Assembly (NCBI GenBank): GCA_963663965.2
Contig: CAXXFK010000028.1
Location: 32,001-96,000 of the forward strand
Reading direction: 5' to 3'
Source: Sedimentisphaerales bacterium
GTDB taxonomy: Bacteria; Planctomycetota; Phycisphaerae; Sedimentisphaerales; SM23-30
Length of the DNA stretch: 64,000 nucleotides
Shown one piece after another: positions 38,885 through 47,801 of this stretch (position 1 is its first letter; every line of letters starts with the position of its first letter). The position numbers and the translations under genes were made by a program. The notes beneath the pieces are model-generated. The model was not told the origin of the DNA. It worked only from the letters and a program-made list of their open reading frames with translations, and ran no database searches.

Positions 38885-40285
38885 ATGGCATCATTTATTC
38901 AAACATTGTATAATAATTCTCCTTTATCGTTACAGAATTGTTTCGTAAGTCTTCGTGGTTTGAATTTTGTACGAAAAAGGTATGGGAAAGTTTATAATGA
39001 CACTTTGAACTTTTTAATGCGATCACAGTGGTATTCTTCTGACGAGTTCAGAATGTATCAACAGGAACAATTAAACAATCTATTGTTAAACGCAAAGAAT
39101 AATACTAATTATTATAGAGGAGTTTTAGAAAAGTATGTTGCTGGTAGTTTTTCTCTGGAAGATTTATCTGAGTTACCATTTCTTGATAAGAAATTGTTAA
39201 GGGAAAATACTGCAGATTTTACGGATAAATCTTGGGAAAAATATGGATATTTGGAGGGACATACAAGCGGTACTTCTGGTGCCCCAATGGTATGGAATTA
39301 TGATTTACATTCAATGCAGTGGGCTATGGCTTTGAGAGCTAGGCAGTATCGATGGGGAGGTGTTTCTGAGCGAGATTTGTCTGCTAGATTTAGTGGCAAT
39401 GTGATTATGGGTAAATCGAATTTATCGCCATTTTGGCGACATAATAAGTCAGAAAATCAGTACTTATTTTCTACTTATCATTTAACACAAAATAATATTG
39501 AGTTGTATTACAAAGCATTAATGGATTTTAATTTTCGCTTTTTAGATGGTTATCCTTCAGCGTTTTTTACCATAGCTAGATGGATCAATCAGAATGATTT
39601 ATCTGGAAAATGGCGGCCATGGATGATAAATACAACAGCCGAGACTTTAACTGATTACTATAGAGCTGAAATAGAAACAGCTTTTGGATGTAAGATATTT
39701 AATCACTATTCAAGTTCAGAAGGCGCTCCATTTGTAACTCAGTGTCCTGCAGGAAACATGCACCTTAATCCGGAGTCTGGAATTATTGAATTCTTAAGGT
39801 CTGACGGCAATCCTGCAGATTTAGGTGAAGAAGCAGAATTAGTTGTTACAAGCTTTTTTCAGAAGTCTTTGCCGATAATAAGGTACAGAATTGGAGATAT
39901 AGGGGCGTTAGCTGAGGAACAATATTGTCCATGTGGTAGGAAAATGCCTGTTGTTAAATATATTGGTGGAAGAGAGTCAGATACGATTTATACGTCAGAG
40001 AGAGGAAGAACCGGTAGTGCAGGGATCAGTACAGTGTTTTATTCTATTCCATCAAGAATGAAATCATCTCAATTGGAGCAAATTGATAAAGATAAATTTA
40101 TTTTTAGGTATGTTAAGCTTGATAGTTGTTTAACTGAACCGGAAAAAAAAGTGGTAATAGAGCGTTTTCAGGACCGCCTAGGAAAATCGGTTGAAATACA
40201 AGTAGAGGTAGTTGAAGAAATTAAGCCTGGAGCTAATGGAAAAATACGGTTAATCGTTGGTCTTAAGGAAAAGCTGAATGATTAA
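38885..40285 (+). CDS. Phenylacetate-CoA ligase family (CapK-like) adenylating enzyme
   Basis: ANL motifs TSGTSGAP, YSSSE, LPIIRYRIGD, CPCGR, GRESD, ANGK; embedded in the GT cluster. Confidence 0.85.
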   Translation: MASFIQTLYNNSPLSLQNCFVSLRGLNFVRKRYGKVYNDTLNFLMRSQWYSSDEFRMYQQEQLNNLLLNAKNNTNYYRGVLEKYVAGSFSLEDLSELPFLDKKLLRENTADFTDKSWEKYGYLEGHTSGTSGAPMVWNYDLHSMQWAMALRARQYRWGGVSERDLSARFSGNVIMGKSNLSPFWRHNKSENQYLFSTYHLTQNNIELYYKALMDFNFRFLDGYPSAFFTIARWINQNDLSGKWRPWMINTTAETLTDYYRAEIETAFGCKIFNHYSSSEGAPFVTQCPAGNMHLNPESGIIEFLRSDGNPADLGEEAELVVTSFFQKSLPIIRYRIGDIGALAEEQYCPCGRKMPVVKYIGGRESDTIYTSERGRTGSAGISTVFYSIPSRMKSSQLEQIDKDKFIFRYVKLDSCLTEPEKKVVIERFQDRLGKSVEIQVEVVEEIKPGANGKIRLIVGLKEKLND

Positions 40286-41408
40286 AGTTGCACATACAGT
40301 AACATCATACCAGTCTGTAGTAACTATTTTAGATAGTAAACTCAGGAGTTTGAGTGAATTTCCTGATTTGGATATATCAGTGATATCTTCCCGATCCTCG
40401 GAACCGGAAACAAGAAGGCCGGCAGTTCGACATATTGAAGTTGAGATAGCTAGAAGTATTAATGTGTTTTCAGACTTAGTAAGTATATGGAAGATGTACC
40501 GAATTTTCTTAAAAGAAAAATATGATATAGTTCATTCGCATACAGCAAAAGCTGGGTTTATAACGGCCATTGCTGCAAAAATGGCAGGAATAAAACATGT
40601 TTACCATACTTCGCATGGGTTACCGTTTTATGAAAGGCAGCCAGAAAAACTGTACAGAAGATATAAAAAACTGGAAATTCTGGCATCAAGATTCCGCGGT
40701 CATTTGTTCACGCAAAATAAACGAGACTATGATTCTTGTGTTAAAATAATGGCAGGCGATCCCTCGAAAGTTTCCATAGAAGGCAACGGTGTAGATGTTG
40801 ACAGTGTTAATCTTTCATCTGTTATTAACCAAAATGCTGTGTCAGGTTTTTATCATGATAATAACGGTGTCAAAATAGCGATGCTTTGCCGTTATGAACC
40901 AGTAAAAAGAATAGAAGATTTTTTAGCCGTAATGCTTGAATTGAAAAAAAGAAATTATGTTTTTTCAGCGATTATTACTGGTAAAGGACCTTTGGAAAAT
41001 GAATTGAATGAACGCGTTACTAATTTGGGGTTAGGCGATTGTGTTTCTGTGACAGGTTATTGTGAGTATCCTCATAGTTTGCTTGGTTTGGCAGATATTG
41101 TAATGTTGTGTTCAGAAAAAGAAGGAATACCAAGGGTTCTTATGGAAGCTATGGCACTTGGAAAACCAGTTGTTGCTACTGATGTTCTTGGTACACAGGA
41201 ATTAGTATTGAATGGTGTCACTGGTTTTCTTGCTCCATTAGGAGATATTGATAAACTATCTGAATCGATTGCTATGCTAATTGATAATTCTGCGTTACGT
41301 GCAAAGATGGGGATGGCGGGTAAAGACAGGGTTATAGCGGATTTTAATGATATAAAAATAGCTAAATTTTTACATGATTTTTATAGCAGGGCCGTAAATG
41401 ATTGTTAA
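40278..41408 (+). CDS. Glycosyltransferase family 4
   Basis: DIVHSHTAKAG, HTSHG, NGVD, EGIPRVLMEAMALGKPVV, GVTGFL. Confidence 0.88.
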   Translation: MIKVAHTVTSYQSVVTILDSKLRSLSEFPDLDISVISSRSSEPETRRPAVRHIEVEIARSINVFSDLVSIWKMYRIFLKEKYDIVHSHTAKAGFITAIAAKMAGIKHVYHTSHGLPFYERQPEKLYRRYKKLEILASRFRGHLFTQNKRDYDSCVKIMAGDPSKVSIEGNGVDVDSVNLSSVINQNAVSGFYHDNNGVKIAMLCRYEPVKRIEDFLAVMLELKKRNYVFSAIITGKGPLENELNERVTNLGLGDCVSVTGYCEYPHSLLGLADIVMLCSEKEGIPRVLMEAMALGKPVVATDVLGTQELVLNGVTGFLAPLGDIDKLSESIAMLIDNSALRAKMGMAGKDRVIADFNDIKIAKFLHDFYSRAVNDC

Positions 41409-41985
41409 ACTGGATAATACCAATTTTGCAGTAGCATCCCAGTTACATATTGAATGTATTTCATCTGGTTTTATTAGTTCTTTAGGGTTGGATTTTGTAC
41501 AGGAGTTGTATAAATCAATCTCAGAAGATAAAGGTAGCTTTGGTTTTATCTCGTACGGAACTGATTGCTCCGTTCTTGGTTTTGTTGCTTTTTCTAGTAA
41601 CTTAAGTGGATTATATAAATATGTTATTAAGAGAAAATTTATCAGGTTTGCTCCAATTATTTTTCTTAAAATGTTGAAGCTATCCGTCTTAAAAAAGATA
41701 ATTTCAAACCTTCTTTATCCGTCAAAAATGAAGAAAATGGAGCTGCCAGATGCTGAATTGCTTTCAATTGTAGTTGCTTCGGCAGGCAGGGGAAAGGGAA
41801 TAGCGGGCGATTTGGTCATGGCTGGGTTTGAAGAGTGTAGAAAGCGTGGAATTTCCCGGGTAAAAGTACTCGTAGCAGCTGATAATCAGTCAGCTAACAA
41901 AATGTATATTAAATGTGGTTTTGAGCTGTTTACTCAGATAGACAGTCATGGAGTTTTGAGTAATATATATATAGCGGAGATATAG
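41398..41985 (+). CDS. GNAT family N-acyltransferase
   Basis: ELLSIVV, acyl-CoA loop GRGKGIA, NQSANKMYIKCGF. Confidence 0.82.
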   Translation: MIVKLDNTNFAVASQLHIECISSGFISSLGLDFVQELYKSISEDKGSFGFISYGTDCSVLGFVAFSSNLSGLYKYVIKRKFIRFAPIIFLKMLKLSVLKKIISNLLYPSKMKKMELPDAELLSIVVASAGRGKGIAGDLVMAGFEECRKRGISRVKVLVAADNQSANKMYIKCGFELFTQIDSHGVLSNIYIAEI

Positions 41986-43203
41986 TTGAAAGTTGTCGTA
42001 TCATTACATCATCATTTCCGTAGAACTCCTGATGGTACTGTTTATCCATATCATGTTTTCAGTTACAATTTCTGGAGACCTTATTTAGAAGTTTTTGATG
42101 AGGTCGCCGTTTTTGCCAGGCTGTCTGATGTCTCTTATATTAGTTCTTATGATTACCTGGAACCAGCAAGTGGTCCTGGAGTCAGTTTTATTGGTTTACC
42201 TGATTTTCAAGGGTTCAAGGGATTTTGGAAATCCAAACAATTTATTAAAGGGCTGGCAATTAGGACTTTTAGTGACTCTAATGCTTATTTATTAAGACCG
42301 CCAAGCGTAATCTGTGATGTTATTTGGAAGGAGTTATGTAATAGAAATTATCCATATGCTCTTGAAGTTGTTGGCGATCCGTGGGATGCCTATTCTTCAG
42401 GAAGTGTTAATACACCGTTAAGGCCAATTATTCGAAGAATAGCAACTAACCGGTTGAAAAAACAATGTAGACTTTCGCCTGTAACTTCATATGTTACAGA
42501 GTTTGGGTTACAAAAAAGATACCCCCCTGGTAACTGGAATACTAATTTTTCTGATATTATTCTTAAAAATTGTGACATTATTGGTGAAGATCAACTTAAT
42601 GCCAGGCTATCAAGGTATAGCAATTTTAAGACTGGTGATCGTATACGTTTATGTATAGTAGGCAGTCTATGGCATCTTGCAAAGGCTCAAGATGTTTTAA
42701 TTTCGGCAGTTGCACAGTGTGTTAAAAAAGACTTAAACCTGGAATTAGCAATAGTTGGTGATGGTTGTTTCAGAGAGCAGCTTCAGCAGCAGGCAGTTAA
42801 GCTGGAGATTGCTGATAGAGTTTTTTTTGTGGGCCATTTGCCACCCGGAAAAAAAGTGTTTAGCGAGCTTGATAAATCAGATATTTATGTGTTGCCTTCA
42901 CGGCAAGAGGGCTTACCAAGGTCTGTAATTGAAGCAATGGCTCGAGGTTTACCTTGTATTACAAGTAATGTTGCTGGGCTTCCAGAACTTGTTGAAAATA
43001 AGTGGTTAGTTGTTCCTGAGGATGTTTGCCAGTTAGCTGACAAGATTATGAATCTTTGTAGAGATATAAATGAACTTATAAGAGTTTCTGTGTTGAACCA
43101 TGGAATTGCTCGCAAGTTTCAATATGAAATTATTCTTAAAAAACGAATTGAAATGTATAAAAAACTAAAGCAGATTACTCAGGATTGTGCAGAGAAAAAA
43201 TAA
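41986..43203 (+). CDS. Glycosyltransferase family 4 (paralogue of 37663-38883)
   Basis: PYALEVVGDPWD, SYVTEFGLQKRYPP, LPSRQEGLPRSVIEAMA. Confidence 0.88.
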   Translation: MKVVVSLHHHFRRTPDGTVYPYHVFSYNFWRPYLEVFDEVAVFARLSDVSYISSYDYLEPASGPGVSFIGLPDFQGFKGFWKSKQFIKGLAIRTFSDSNAYLLRPPSVICDVIWKELCNRNYPYALEVVGDPWDAYSSGSVNTPLRPIIRRIATNRLKKQCRLSPVTSYVTEFGLQKRYPPGNWNTNFSDIILKNCDIIGEDQLNARLSRYSNFKTGDRIRLCIVGSLWHLAKAQDVLISAVAQCVKKDLNLELAIVGDGCFREQLQQQAVKLEIADRVFFVGHLPPGKKVFSELDKSDIYVLPSRQEGLPRSVIEAMARGLPCITSNVAGLPELVENKWLVVPEDVCQLADKIMNLCRDINELIRVSVLNHGIARKFQYEIILKKRIEMYKKLKQITQDCAEKK

Positions 43204-44347
43204 GAAAATTTGTGTGATAATAACGTCCGCATTGTCGTTGAAGTTATTTAGGAAACAGTGGACTTATTGGCAGGATAACGGCTGGGATGTAAGTTGTATT
43301 GCCGGCCCAGGAGATAAAGAGCATGAATTAGTCAGGGGGCTAGGTGTTAAAACACATGTAGTTCCTTTCGAGAGACTACCATCAGTATTTAAAGATATTT
43401 ATTGTTTGATTAAACTTTGGCGGTTTCTTTTATGGAACAGGTATGATGTTTTACATATTTCTACCCCAAAGGCATCTTTTATCGCTTCCTTAGCCGCTTT
43501 TTTAAGTGGGCATCGGAGGGTTTATTACCTTTTGAGAGGGCGTGCATATGAGAATATGTCAGGTCTCAAGCGAAAAATTATGATGTTGTGTGAATGGATT
43601 ACCTGCCATCTTTCGACAGTTGTTGTTCCAATTTGTAAAGAAATGGGAGAAACTGTAGTGAAAGAGGGGTTATGTAATAAAAGAAAAATAAGATTGGTTG
43701 GTAGTGGATCGAGTGCAGGTGTTGATTTATCCATTTTTTCCCTAACTAATGAAGTCAGAAAAAAAGCTGAGCAAATACGTAATGATAATAATGTGTCAAA
43801 AGCTGACATTATTTTGCTTTACGTAGGTTGGTTTAGACGCGATAAAGGTACAAATGAACTTATATCTGCTTTTGAAAAAATCGTTAACTCTTATGATAAT
43901 GTCAAGTTAATGCTAGTGGGTGAATTTGAACCTGGCGATCCTCTTGAAGAAAATGTTATTAATTCAATTAAGAACAATCCTGATATTATTCATATTCCCT
44001 GGCAAAAAGATATAGCTCCTTATTATGTTACAGCTGACATTTTAGTATTTCCAAGCTACAGAGAGGGTTTTGGAAATGTTGCAATTGAAGCATCAGCAAT
44101 GGGTATACCTGTTATTGCAAGTGACATATCTGGGTGTCGAGAGGCAGTAGTTGATGGTATTACTGGTGTATTGGTACCTAAGCAAGATATTGATGGTCTG
44201 GTTTCGGCAATCTCTAAGTTGATTTCTAATAAAGAGCAAAGATTGAAATTGGGGGAATGCGGAAGGAAAAGGGTACAATGTGATTTTTCAGAGACTGTAA
44301 TTTTTTCTGAAACAGAAAAAATATTGGTAAGTCTTTTGAGAGTTTAA
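43187..44347 (+). CDS. Glycosyltransferase family 4 (CapM-like)
   Basis: STPKAS, GSSAGVD, DKGTNEL, FPSYREGFGNVAIEASAMG. Confidence 0.87.
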   Translation: MQRKNKKICVIITSALSLKLFRKQWTYWQDNGWDVSCIAGPGDKEHELVRGLGVKTHVVPFERLPSVFKDIYCLIKLWRFLLWNRYDVLHISTPKASFIASLAAFLSGHRRVYYLLRGRAYENMSGLKRKIMMLCEWITCHLSTVVVPICKEMGETVVKEGLCNKRKIRLVGSGSSAGVDLSIFSLTNEVRKKAEQIRNDNNVSKADIILLYVGWFRRDKGTNELISAFEKIVNSYDNVKLMLVGEFEPGDPLEENVINSIKNNPDIIHIPWQKDIAPYYVTADILVFPSYREGFGNVAIEASAMGIPVIASDISGCREAVVDGITGVLVPKQDIDGLVSAISKLISNKEQRLKLGECGRKRVQCDFSETVIFSETEKILVSLLRV

Positions 44348-44403
44348 GGTTATTGTAAAAAACTAGATTTCACCTTAACTCCTACCTCTCTTTTCAAATC
44401 TTA

Positions 44404-44432
44404 TTGAAAAATCCCCATTTTACTGCTAAAAT
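44404..44432 (+). promoter_or_regulatory. Sigma70-type promoter for the phosphomannose isomerase gene
   Basis: TTGAAA-N17-TAAAAT with TGn extended -10. Confidence 0.5.
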
Positions 44433-44516
44433 TAACTATTTGTAACTTAGTTTATGAAGTTGTTTGGACTAATGAGTCTTTTATAGTACTCGTGTAACAG
44501 GTAGTGAGCGAAAAAT

Positions 44517-45533
44517 ATGGAAAATATTGTACCAATAAAGTTTAAGCCGGTATTGAAAGAAGTTTTGTGGGGGACTGACAGGTTCAAAGAGCTGTTTGGC
44601 CGTACTGATATTGAAGGGCCGGTTGGCGAATGCTGGCTGGGGGTTGATACTGACGTTGATCAGTCTGTTGTTGAAGGCGGTGCTTCTGACGGCAAGACAT
44701 TCCGTGAGTTTCTGGAGACAGAAGGCGAAAAATATGGTTTTGCCCCGGTTCAGTGTGAAAAATACTATAACCTGCTGAACAAATATATCGATACAAATGA
44801 TGCCCTGAGCGTGCAGGTGCACCCAAATAAGCTGGACAGCACATGTCCTCAGTTCCGTCCTAAAGATGAATGCTGGTATGTTATTGACGCTCAGGAAGGT
44901 GCCTTTGTCTATGCCGGGCTTAAAGATGGTGTTACCCGCGAACAGATGGCCGCTGCAGTAGAAACCGGCACAACATCTGAGCTGCTGCAGACACACGAAG
45001 CTAAGCCAGGCGATATCTTTATGATCCCAGCCGGTATGGTTCATGCCCTGGGTAAAGGGTTGCTGGTTGCGGAAATTGGTACAAGATCAACCACAACTTT
45101 CCGTCTATTTGACTGGAATCGTGTTGACAAGAACGGCAATGGTCGTGAGCTTCATATCGAACAATCGCTTGAGAGCATTGTTTTTGACCCTGAAGCACTG
45201 AAGACCAGGATCGTAAGCGGCGGCGATGTAACTGCTAAACTGATGGAAACTGCTAACCAGATGGGTACAGGTAAAACCCTGGTAGATTGTCAGTTCTTTA
45301 CAGTGGCTGAGATCACAGCTAAGGCAGGTAAGGCTCAGTTTACACCAACTCAGCCGCTTATGGTTTACCAGGTGAGCGGCTCATCTAAGATCTACAGCCA
45401 GGCTGCGGCAGACCAGGCTATCGAAATGAAGCTTGGCTCGGCGGTTATTTACCCTGCGAATGTGGCCGGTGAGATCGAATTTGATAGTGATTCTATTGTT
45501 TTGATCACAACTCCTGGAACTGAGAAATACTAA
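44517..45533 (+). CDS. Type I mannose-6-phosphate isomerase
   Basis: GECW, LSVQVHP, KDECWY, IPAGMVHALG, FRLFDWNR, RELH. Confidence 0.87.
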   Translation: MENIVPIKFKPVLKEVLWGTDRFKELFGRTDIEGPVGECWLGVDTDVDQSVVEGGASDGKTFREFLETEGEKYGFAPVQCEKYYNLLNKYIDTNDALSVQVHPNKLDSTCPQFRPKDECWYVIDAQEGAFVYAGLKDGVTREQMAAAVETGTTSELLQTHEAKPGDIFMIPAGMVHALGKGLLVAEIGTRSTTTFRLFDWNRVDKNGNGRELHIEQSLESIVFDPEALKTRIVSGGDVTAKLMETANQMGTGKTLVDCQFFTVAEITAKAGKAQFTPTQPLMVYQVSGSSKIYSQAAADQAIEMKLGSAVIYPANVAGEIEFDSDSIVLITTPGTEKY

Positions 45534-45633
45534 TTTTTTTGACAGTATATCAGGATCTTTGGCAGCTTGTAGTTAGGTGGTTTTTACCTCTGGTGCATTT
45601 CAGGCTTTCCGAATTTCCGGTAAATAGTAAAAT

Positions 45634-45676
45634 AAAGGCAATTAAGGCTGATTTGGGCTTTAATTGTCTTTTTTTT
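45634..45676 (+). terminator. Rho-independent terminator
   Basis: AAAGGCAATTAAGGCT/GGCTTTAATTGTCTTT stem (with G-U pairs) ending in a T-run. Confidence 0.7.
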
Positions 45677-45782
45677 ATTAATATCTGAGCCGAAAGCCGT
45701 TATAAGTATAGAGTAAGTGCATATGTCCAAAGGTGAAAATGTACAGAAGTAATAAATATGATATGGAGTGCTGGAAATAGGC

Positions 45783-47084
45783 ATGGCTGATAAAAGTAAA
45801 AGTAAAGTAGTAGTTTGTGTGATTGGGCTTGGGTACGTTGGTTTGCCGCTGGCACGGGAGTTTGTCAGGGGCGGGGCTGCTGTAATTGGTTACGATATCA
45901 ACCCTGACTCTGTGAATCGCATAAATAATGGGTATTCGCCTTTGAAGCATATTCCAGACTGTGATATTAAAGAGATGGTTAAGACTGGCTTATTCAAGGC
46001 AACAACAGATGATCGGCAGATGGCAAAGGCCGATGCCGTGATATTGTGTGTTCCTACGCCGTTGACTGAGAATCGAGAGCCGGATATGCAGTATGTTGAG
46101 AATTCCTGTCGTACTGTTGCCGGTAATCTTCAAAAGGGGCAGCTGGTGGTGCTGGAGAGTACGACATACCCCGGGACAACGAATGAGGTTATGAAGCCGA
46201 TATTGGAAGAGGCTGGTTTGAAGGCTGGCAAGGATTTCTATCTGGCATATTCACCTGAGCGGGAAGATCCTGGTAACATTACGTATTGTACCAGAACGAT
46301 ACCTAAGGTTATCGGTGCGATAGATAAGGCTTCGCTGCAGAAGGGGCTGGAGGTATATAAGTATGCGATAGATACCATGGTGCCGGTTGACAGCTGTGAG
46401 ACAGCTGAGGCTATCAAGATAGTGGAGAATGTCTATCGTTGTGTGAATATTGCGATGGTTAACGAGCTGAAGCAGCTGTTTGACCGCATGGGTATTGATG
46501 TCTGGGAGGTGATCAGAGGTGCCAGTACCAAGCCGTTCGGCTATCAGCCGTTTTACCCAGGTCCGGGACTGGGTGGTCACTGTATTCCGATCGACCCATT
46601 TTACCTGACTTGGCGAGCTCGTCAGTTTGGTATGCCGACACGGTTCATTGAGCTAGCTGGTGAGATAAATACCAATATGCCGCATTATGTGGTACAGCGT
46701 ACAATGGATGCTCTGAATGACCATAAAAAGAGCCTGAACGGGGCGAGAGTTCTTGTTCTTGGCCTGGCGTATAAGAAAGATATTGATGACATTCGTGAAT
46801 CGCCGTCGCTTGAGTTGATCGAGCTTCTAAGAGAGAAGGGGGCGAAGGTAGACTATAACGATCCATATATCCCGGCGACTAAAAAGACTCGAGAATATGA
46901 TCTTAAGATGAAGTCTGTAAAGCTGACACCTGCTAAGATCGCCAGCTACGACTGTGTGCTGGTAGCGACTGCCCATAGTGAATATGATATGACTATGATC
47001 GTCAAAAATGCGAAGCTCGTGGTTGATACCAGGAATGCGACCGATGCGGTCAAGGTTGGCAGGAAGAAGGTTGTTAAGGCCTGA
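45783..47084 (+). CDS. Nucleotide-sugar dehydrogenase (UDP-GlcNAc/ManNAc 6-dehydrogenase, WbpA/CapL-like)
   Basis: IGLGYVGLPLA, CVPTP, ESTTYPGTT, SPEREDPG, GGHCIPIDP, GLAYKKDIDDIRESP. Confidence 0.92.
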   Translation: MADKSKSKVVVCVIGLGYVGLPLAREFVRGGAAVIGYDINPDSVNRINNGYSPLKHIPDCDIKEMVKTGLFKATTDDRQMAKADAVILCVPTPLTENREPDMQYVENSCRTVAGNLQKGQLVVLESTTYPGTTNEVMKPILEEAGLKAGKDFYLAYSPEREDPGNITYCTRTIPKVIGAIDKASLQKGLEVYKYAIDTMVPVDSCETAEAIKIVENVYRCVNIAMVNELKQLFDRMGIDVWEVIRGASTKPFGYQPFYPGPGLGGHCIPIDPFYLTWRARQFGMPTRFIELAGEINTNMPHYVVQRTMDALNDHKKSLNGARVLVLGLAYKKDIDDIRESPSLELIELLREKGAKVDYNDPYIPATKKTREYDLKMKSVKLTPAKIASYDCVLVATAHSEYDMTMIVKNAKLVVDTRNATDAVKVGRKKVVKA

Positions 47085-47100
47085 TAAAGTGCAGTTGAAA

Positions 47101-47787
47101 TTACTTCAATCTTGTCGGCTGCAAATCTGCCAAAGTCAGTGGACGCTGCAGGCGGTTTTTGCGTTTGGCGCATAGGTAGATGAAGAGCTCAGAGGTGATA
47201 TATGTGTCACCGGTAGCAGTGTGGCGGTCTTTCATTGATATGTCAAGATGGCGGCATATATCGTCAAGCAGTGGTGGACGCTGGTTAGCATAGCCGGTTT
47301 TATGGAACGCTTCGATTTCCTTGGTAGCCATTAAAGCAGTGTCTATAAGCTGGTTTTTCAGGCGAGCTCCAAAGATACGGTAGAACGCTTCATTTAGCAT
47401 TCTGGCATCGAAATGGATGTGATGACCGATTATGATCTTTCCAGCCAGGTCCTGAAGCAATACTCTCACAATATCAGCTTCATCTGTTCCTTCCAGTGTG
47501 TCAGAGGGTAATATACCATGGATCTTTACAGCTTCGTTTATCACTCCTTCTTTGCGATAGAAAATCATGCTTTTCATTTGTGATGGAGTGATAATATCCG
47601 TTGTGACTGGCAAGTAGGCAATAGACAGCATTTTATCTGAACCGACATTAAAGCCGGTTGTTTCTGTGTCCAGCACAACGAAAGATGCTTCAGAAACAGG
47701 GGTAGAGCCAGCCAGTGGTTTACCGGACAGATCATAATATTCTTTAGCTTCAGGTGTAAGTTTTTTTTTCGAGAAAAAATTCAGCAT
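47101..47787 (-). CDS. DEDDh 3'-5' exonuclease (DnaQ-like)
   Basis: ExoI VLDTETTG, ExoII GHHIHFD, ExoIII RHTATGD. Confidence 0.88.
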   Translation of the reverse strand: MLNFFSKKKLTPEAKEYYDLSGKPLAGSTPVSEASFVVLDTETTGFNVGSDKMLSIAYLPVTTDIITPSQMKSMIFYRKEGVINEAVKIHGILPSDTLEGTDEADIVRVLLQDLAGKIIIGHHIHFDARMLNEAFYRIFGARLKNQLIDTALMATKEIEAFHKTGYANQRPPLLDDICRHLDISMKDRHTATGDTYITSELFIYLCAKRKNRLQRPLTLADLQPTRLK

Positions 47788-47801
47788 ATACTAGAGGCAC
47801 C

